Shown piece by piece: positions 58,946 to 64,000 of a stretch of 64,000 bases of DNA. The DNA comes from Haliotis rufescens (lineage: Eukaryota): assembly GCF_023055435.1 (NCBI RefSeq), contig NW_025964383.1:15438001-15502000 (forward strand), in the 5' to 3' direction. Under the pieces are notes generated by a model, which ran no database searches, was not told where the DNA came from, and was given only the letters and a program-made list of their open reading frames with translations. The translations under genes were made by a program, and so were the position numbers. Numbering within the stretch: position 1 is the stretch's first letter; every line of letters starts with the position of its first letter.

Positions 58946-59194
58946 TAAAGATCATTATATGTTATACATTCATGTCAATAGTTTAGAAAAACGACACCCA
59001 AACATCCTTAACAAGATGTTGACAAAACACTGACCATCTGAAACTTGACAATTATGGGCATTCCCCGTGAAGGAATTAAAACAGATGCATCAATGGAATA
59101 GAATAATACATCAACCAATTTATAAGATAACTCATTTGTGTGTGAATATGATATTCCGTTGATGTAACTGATTACCACTATCATTCTTCGTAGG

Positions 59195-59340
59195 AAGCGA
59201 TCGCTCGTCACGCTGAAGACCAGGGTTCGATTCCCAACATGGGTAAAATGTGTGAAGCCCATTTCTGGTGTCCCCCGCCGTGATATTGCTGGAATATTGC
59301 TAAGAGAGGCGTAAAACCATACTCACTCACTCACTCACTC
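59195..59340 (+). mobile_element. SINE family B
   Basis: AAGCGATCGCTCGTCACG..GGTTCGATTCCC..(ACTC)n. Confidence 0.85.
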
Positions 59341-59802
59341 GTAGAAAGGTTATCAGCTGTCCTCAGACGAATGATAATTAGACTTTGTTCAATGTCACAC
59401 TTGTATGGTTTGGATTTATATCAATTAGTTGAGAGACAAGGTTAGAATGGGTCACAGGTGTTGATTTTATGGGTTTTCATTAAACCTTCTCTAAAGTTCC
59501 AACATGACCAAATCTAATTTACCCTGAGATGTAGGAACGGAGAATACAAATATATGATAAACATTTAGTCATCCACTTTACTTGATCACAGATAATTTAT
59601 TTACGCATCCTATTTGAACATCTGTCCATTTGTAGGTACTTTGTGTCATAAGTTCAAGGTTTTAGGTATAGCACCTATTGATATAGAGGCCCTGCATGTA
59701 AACTATTTTACTGTGCCACTATTCTGGTGTTTATAAGAGACATATACGTATACGTACACATTAACAATATAATTAAACTTGATAACATCATTGTTTCCAC
59801 AG

Positions 59803-59911
59803 AGCCTTCCTCTCAGAGCCTTCCACTGATCATTATCGGAACATCATCAGCGTGTTGCCTGGTTGGCATCATGGTAGCTGTATGCATTGGATGCTACGAA
59901 CGCACCAAAAG
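59803..59911 (+). CDS. EGF receptor paralogue 2, transmembrane exon
   Basis: EPSSQSLPLIIIGTSSACCLVGIMVAVCIGCYERTK. Confidence 0.82.
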
Positions 59912-60233
59912 GTTTATATTCAAGTGTTTTATGTAAACAATGAATACAGCTGATTAAGAATGCTTTCTGTTATATTTAACATATATGCTCTCATCTGAGC
60001 ACTGTGACGTATCCTATTTTACATATATGCTAAGGACCAACAATTTGATATTCTGGTTATTATTTCTTTCAACAGTCTGAAGCATAATATTATTTTTCAA
60101 GCCTTTCCAGGGACAATTTCCTTCTTTCGATAAAATCCCCACACTCCATGCCCCACACCTCCCTGAATACGGAGATAATATTCCCATGTCCTATTACCAA
60201 TGACGATAAACAAATACATTATTTCTCTTACAG

Positions 60234-60354
60234 GCAAAAAACAGATGACAAAGAAGAGGAATATCCAGCGGGACAACCGGAAGCACACCAGTACGAGCTG
60301 ATAGATATTGATCCTGATAAGAACGAAACAGGCCCTGTGATAGTTTTCCTTTAG
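60234..60354 (+). CDS. EGF receptor paralogue 2, cytoplasmic exon
   Basis: RQKTDDKEEEYPAGQPEAHQYELIDIDPDKNETGPVIVFL*. Confidence 0.65.
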
Positions 60355-63300
60355 TGTAGGATCACGCTCCATTATCTCCAACCACACCACTCAGCACAAC
60401 ATAACACAACACAACACAACACAACAAACCACAGAACAGCACAACACATGATATAATATATTCCAACAATACCACTTAGTTATTTTTAGAATATATTTGA
60501 TAACTTGCTGGAATCTATGTTAACACATAACTTTAAATATAGTTCAGAATTCTTATCATTCTTAATTTCTACGGTATAATAAGCATGCTTAGCTGTCTTA
60601 TGCAGTAATGCATTAAGCATTATATGTTATACTTTCATATCAATAGTTTGCAAACCTAAACCCAAGCTGTCTGTCTTTGTGACAAATGTTGACTAAACAC
60701 TTGCCAGGTAAAACATTCCCCATGAAGAAGTCAAAACAGTTACATCGATGGAAAACATTATCTAATCCTCACGAATCTACAGAGCATAAAGTATATTATT
60801 TAGGAGATAAACCTACTGTGTTTTGAAATTTGATGGAGTCCCACTGTAGAGTAGATACAAGTTACACGAATCAGGATGACAACCCCGATCTATGATGTGG
60901 TTGAAGACTAACTTGTAGATTTACAGGGAGTGAGCCTGATGGTGCAACGTGATTGCCAATGGAACTGGAGAATGACTGAACAGCCGCTTTTTCAGGCTGC
61001 GGATGAGCCGGCTATTTTGACAGGACGGATGTCATTCGACCTGTCAATTTCAAGATTTCACAGTATTCGACGCCAGTGTGTGAAACAAATGTGACACTTG
61101 TTGCCAAAAAACAGTGGTTTGTGTATGATATGCTTAATTATGTGTGTTCAGAAATGAATTACATCAAGTTGGATAAGTTGTTATGATCAAGTGCCCGTGC
61201 TATGACTCCAGTGATGTTGAGACATTGTTTTCGTGGCCTTTCAAAGGGAGGAGTGTATTCTGATGGACTTTCAAATCCCCATCTGCTAAATCCTAACGTT
61301 GGTGGTTGACGGACAAAGCAATGATTGTCGATTACAAAACGGTTTGTAAACAACATGTTGTCATGAATAAAGGTTTTTATAACACTTTTTATAATGTTAT
61401 ATTGTACTTTCATTGTCAATGAGGAAATTGCCTGTTCTGGGTCTGTTCATCGAACATGTCCCTAACAGTTTCATAAACATTATCATTTGTATGCAAAATA
61501 TATGCTTTCGTTAAGCCTTATAATCTCCTCATGGAAGCAGGGTTACTGCCTAGAACATCACATCATCGATAAAAACATCCGATATCAAAGTACCATATTT
61601 CCTCTATCAGACGCTAGGCCGTCTATTAATGTCGGTGTGTATCTGAGACCTGTCTTGCATTGGCGACATAGCGTGTACTAGAGGTAGTGCTTAATGCTTT
61701 AAGTTCCTATGGGTAATCGAACGGCAGCCATTATTTATGAATCAACTTGTAGGTATTCGAAGTATTCATATGCACGTTTTTTTGTGCATGAAAAGGCTTA
61801 ATATATTTCAAATGGGCTTCCGTAGCAAAAAATTATCAGAATCAATTATACCTCAACGTCATGGTAGAGTTAATGTCAGTGCGTTTTGTGGTTAGAATGA
61901 ATATTTTAATAAACAGTGTATTTGATAACTACCATTTATTAATGCATAGAAAATTTAGACGTTTTCCTTTAGTGGAGGATGACGTCAAACAATGTCTTTA
62001 GAACGTGAAACACTCATGAATTAAATCACCAGCAGGTGACCCCAGGTCACTGACTTTGTATAGGTTATAGTCATCGGGGTCGAGATAAAATTACAACTGA
62101 GTGAGTGAGTTTGGTTTAAACCCGTGATCATAGATGTCTGGCGTAGCCAAGGGACGCAACCCTGGACAGGGTCATCTATGCCACCGAGTGAGTGAGTACG
62201 TTTGGTTCAATGACGCTTTGAACAATATTCCAGTTATACGGCGTGTCAGCTTAATGTGGGAGGAAAGCCTAAAGTTATGCAGGCCTTAGACGTTTTCTAA
62301 TTTTGTGAAATCCACGAGCATGGGTATGGTGCTGCCAAGAATATACTTATGGTGTGGTGCTCGTCACTGCTTTGTGCAAAGTAATAGTCATTGATATCAA
62401 GAGAAATTGGAGGTTATAATGTAATGCAATGAAATGCGTTGCGTTGAGTTGCGGTGAGGTGAGGTGAGGTGAAGTGAGGTGAGGTGAAGTGAGGTGAGGT
62501 GTGGTGAGGGGAAGGAAGACAACACAATAGAAGGTAGACGCAATTTTATTAATAACAACTTCTTTAATACTGTAAAAAGCGAAGTTTCGGTATAGATCCT
62601 TATACCGTTGTTGACTTGTCCTGATAGGTACAAAAAGAATGTATATCAATATAATGGCCTTAGCACGATACCGCTTGAATCATAAAAGACAGGAAACCGT
62701 TGATTAGACTGAGCAAAGGCTGCCACGATAAAGTGATTTGTCATGTACTGAATAAAAGTTGAGTGAACTAATTAATAGTAACACCTTCAGTCAGTGAAGC
62801 AGTGATAGCTGTGCAACCATTTGGGATTGTCAATAATCATGCGCGACGATCAGCGGGCAGATATATTACAAATGGTATATGACAAATGGTACTCTTTTCA
62901 TACTTTCGGGGTAAAATAGGTCTTCAGCAACCCATGTTGTCTATATTTAAAAAAGAATCAAATGAAAAAGACCAAACACATGTACACACGTGCACATGAG
63001 TCTAATGTAATTGTTCCTCCGTGTGCATTGCCTGCTCCCTTCACTACATCGTATGCGTGTCGTATTAGGCGACTAACGGGATCGGGTGGTCACAATTGCG
63101 TGGATCGATGCTTATGATGTCAATCACTGTATTGTCTGGTCCAGAACGCCGACAAATAGCTTGAATATTGCTGAGTACGGCGTTAATCAACAAACAAACA
63201 AAAAAACCCGAGTCCTTTGTAACTGATGAACTGATCATCTAGATGGGATCTGTGGTTTTGTGAACAACCTTTGGGCTAACATAAGGTTGTGACTACGGTA

Positions 63301-63529
63301 CAGAGAATGTGTAAAACAGTTGGCTTGACTGGAATATGTATTAACCACTGTCTTCACCAGGCATGGGTAGATGAACAGATATTATGTGCAATGACTGGCC
63401 ACGGATCAAGGGCTGTGCATAACTACAAATTACAAATTCTCAGAAGAAAGACCAGGTCGACCGAGAAGGTCAACGAGGTTCGCAGTGACTGAACGACTGA
63501 ACTTTGTTTGATCAATGTCAAACTGCAGT

Positions 63530-64000
63530 CAACGGGATCGGGTGGTCAGGTTCGCTGACTTGGGTAATGCATGTCATAGTATCCTAATTACGTGGATCGA
63601 TGCTCATGTTGTCAATCACTGGATTGTCTTGTACAGACTCGATTATTTACAGATGGCCGTCATATAGCTGGAATATTACTGAGTGCTGCGTTAAACAACA
63701 ACAAAAAACCCAAACCAAACCATACCAAAATACATTAAAAGATGATACTTGTTGTTACCCTGTCTGGCGCTCGGCATTAAGGGGCTTAAACAAGGACTGG
63801 TCGGCTCGGAGACAGTATACTGTGTCTGAAGGGGTATTCATGTTAAATTGCGGCATGGTATCTCTGTGAGCTAGCACTATAAATCGGCATCACTCCGGAC
63901 TAGTACAAGCAGCCACACAAACACATACACGTGCATGCACGTCGCTATATAAGTGCAATAATCTTGGACGCGAATTTAAACCCGATTTCACCTCACCACC
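63530..64000 (+). mobile_element. Family A / family D fusion (unit 2; family A head deleted)
   Basis: Matches 54652-55118. Confidence 0.75.

Larger units (their letters stand above)
47550..64000 (+). repeat. Tandem segmental duplication (unit 1 ~47550-56200; unit 2 ~56200 to beyond the window end)
   Basis: Colinear high-identity match of promoter, exons, introns and downstream TE relics at offsets of ~8.6-9.0 kb. Confidence 0.95.

Overview
This is eukaryotic, intron-containing, repeat-rich genomic DNA. It is probably molluscan (abalone-like gastropod), inferred from the SINE families present. There is one assembly gap (N 35690-35892). Four protein-coding genes are supported, all on the + strand: (1) a 775-aa C2H2/C2HC zinc-finger protein encoded by one coding exon (3775-6102); (2) a 468-aa secreted protein with three tandem Methyltransf_FA (FAMeT-like) domains (6 coding exons, 29131-34595); (3-4) two tandem paralogues of a ~420-aa EGF/Cys-rich single-pass receptor of MEGF10/SCARF/CED-1 type (48197-51394 and 56821-60354), lying in a ~9 kb segmental duplication with divergence concentrated at the N-terminal tip. 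Two candidate minus-strand promoters or first exons lie near 550 and 37100. The rest is five tandem arrays (units 10, 24, 29, 54 and ~59-63 bp; three show higher-order structure), three Tc1/mariner relics, a Ginger2/KRBA2-like integrase relic, R4/Dong-, CR1/L2- and RTEX-like LINE relics, Crypton and Penelope-like fragments, MITEs, and at least four short retroposon families with related 3' tails. The best candidate for something undescribed is retroposon family A. It has no tRNA/Pol III head but has a recurrent 5' start and a predicted pseudoknotted RNA, so it may be ribozyme-headed. The long ORFs at 13.7-16.8 kb and 18.9-24 kb are satellite artefacts.
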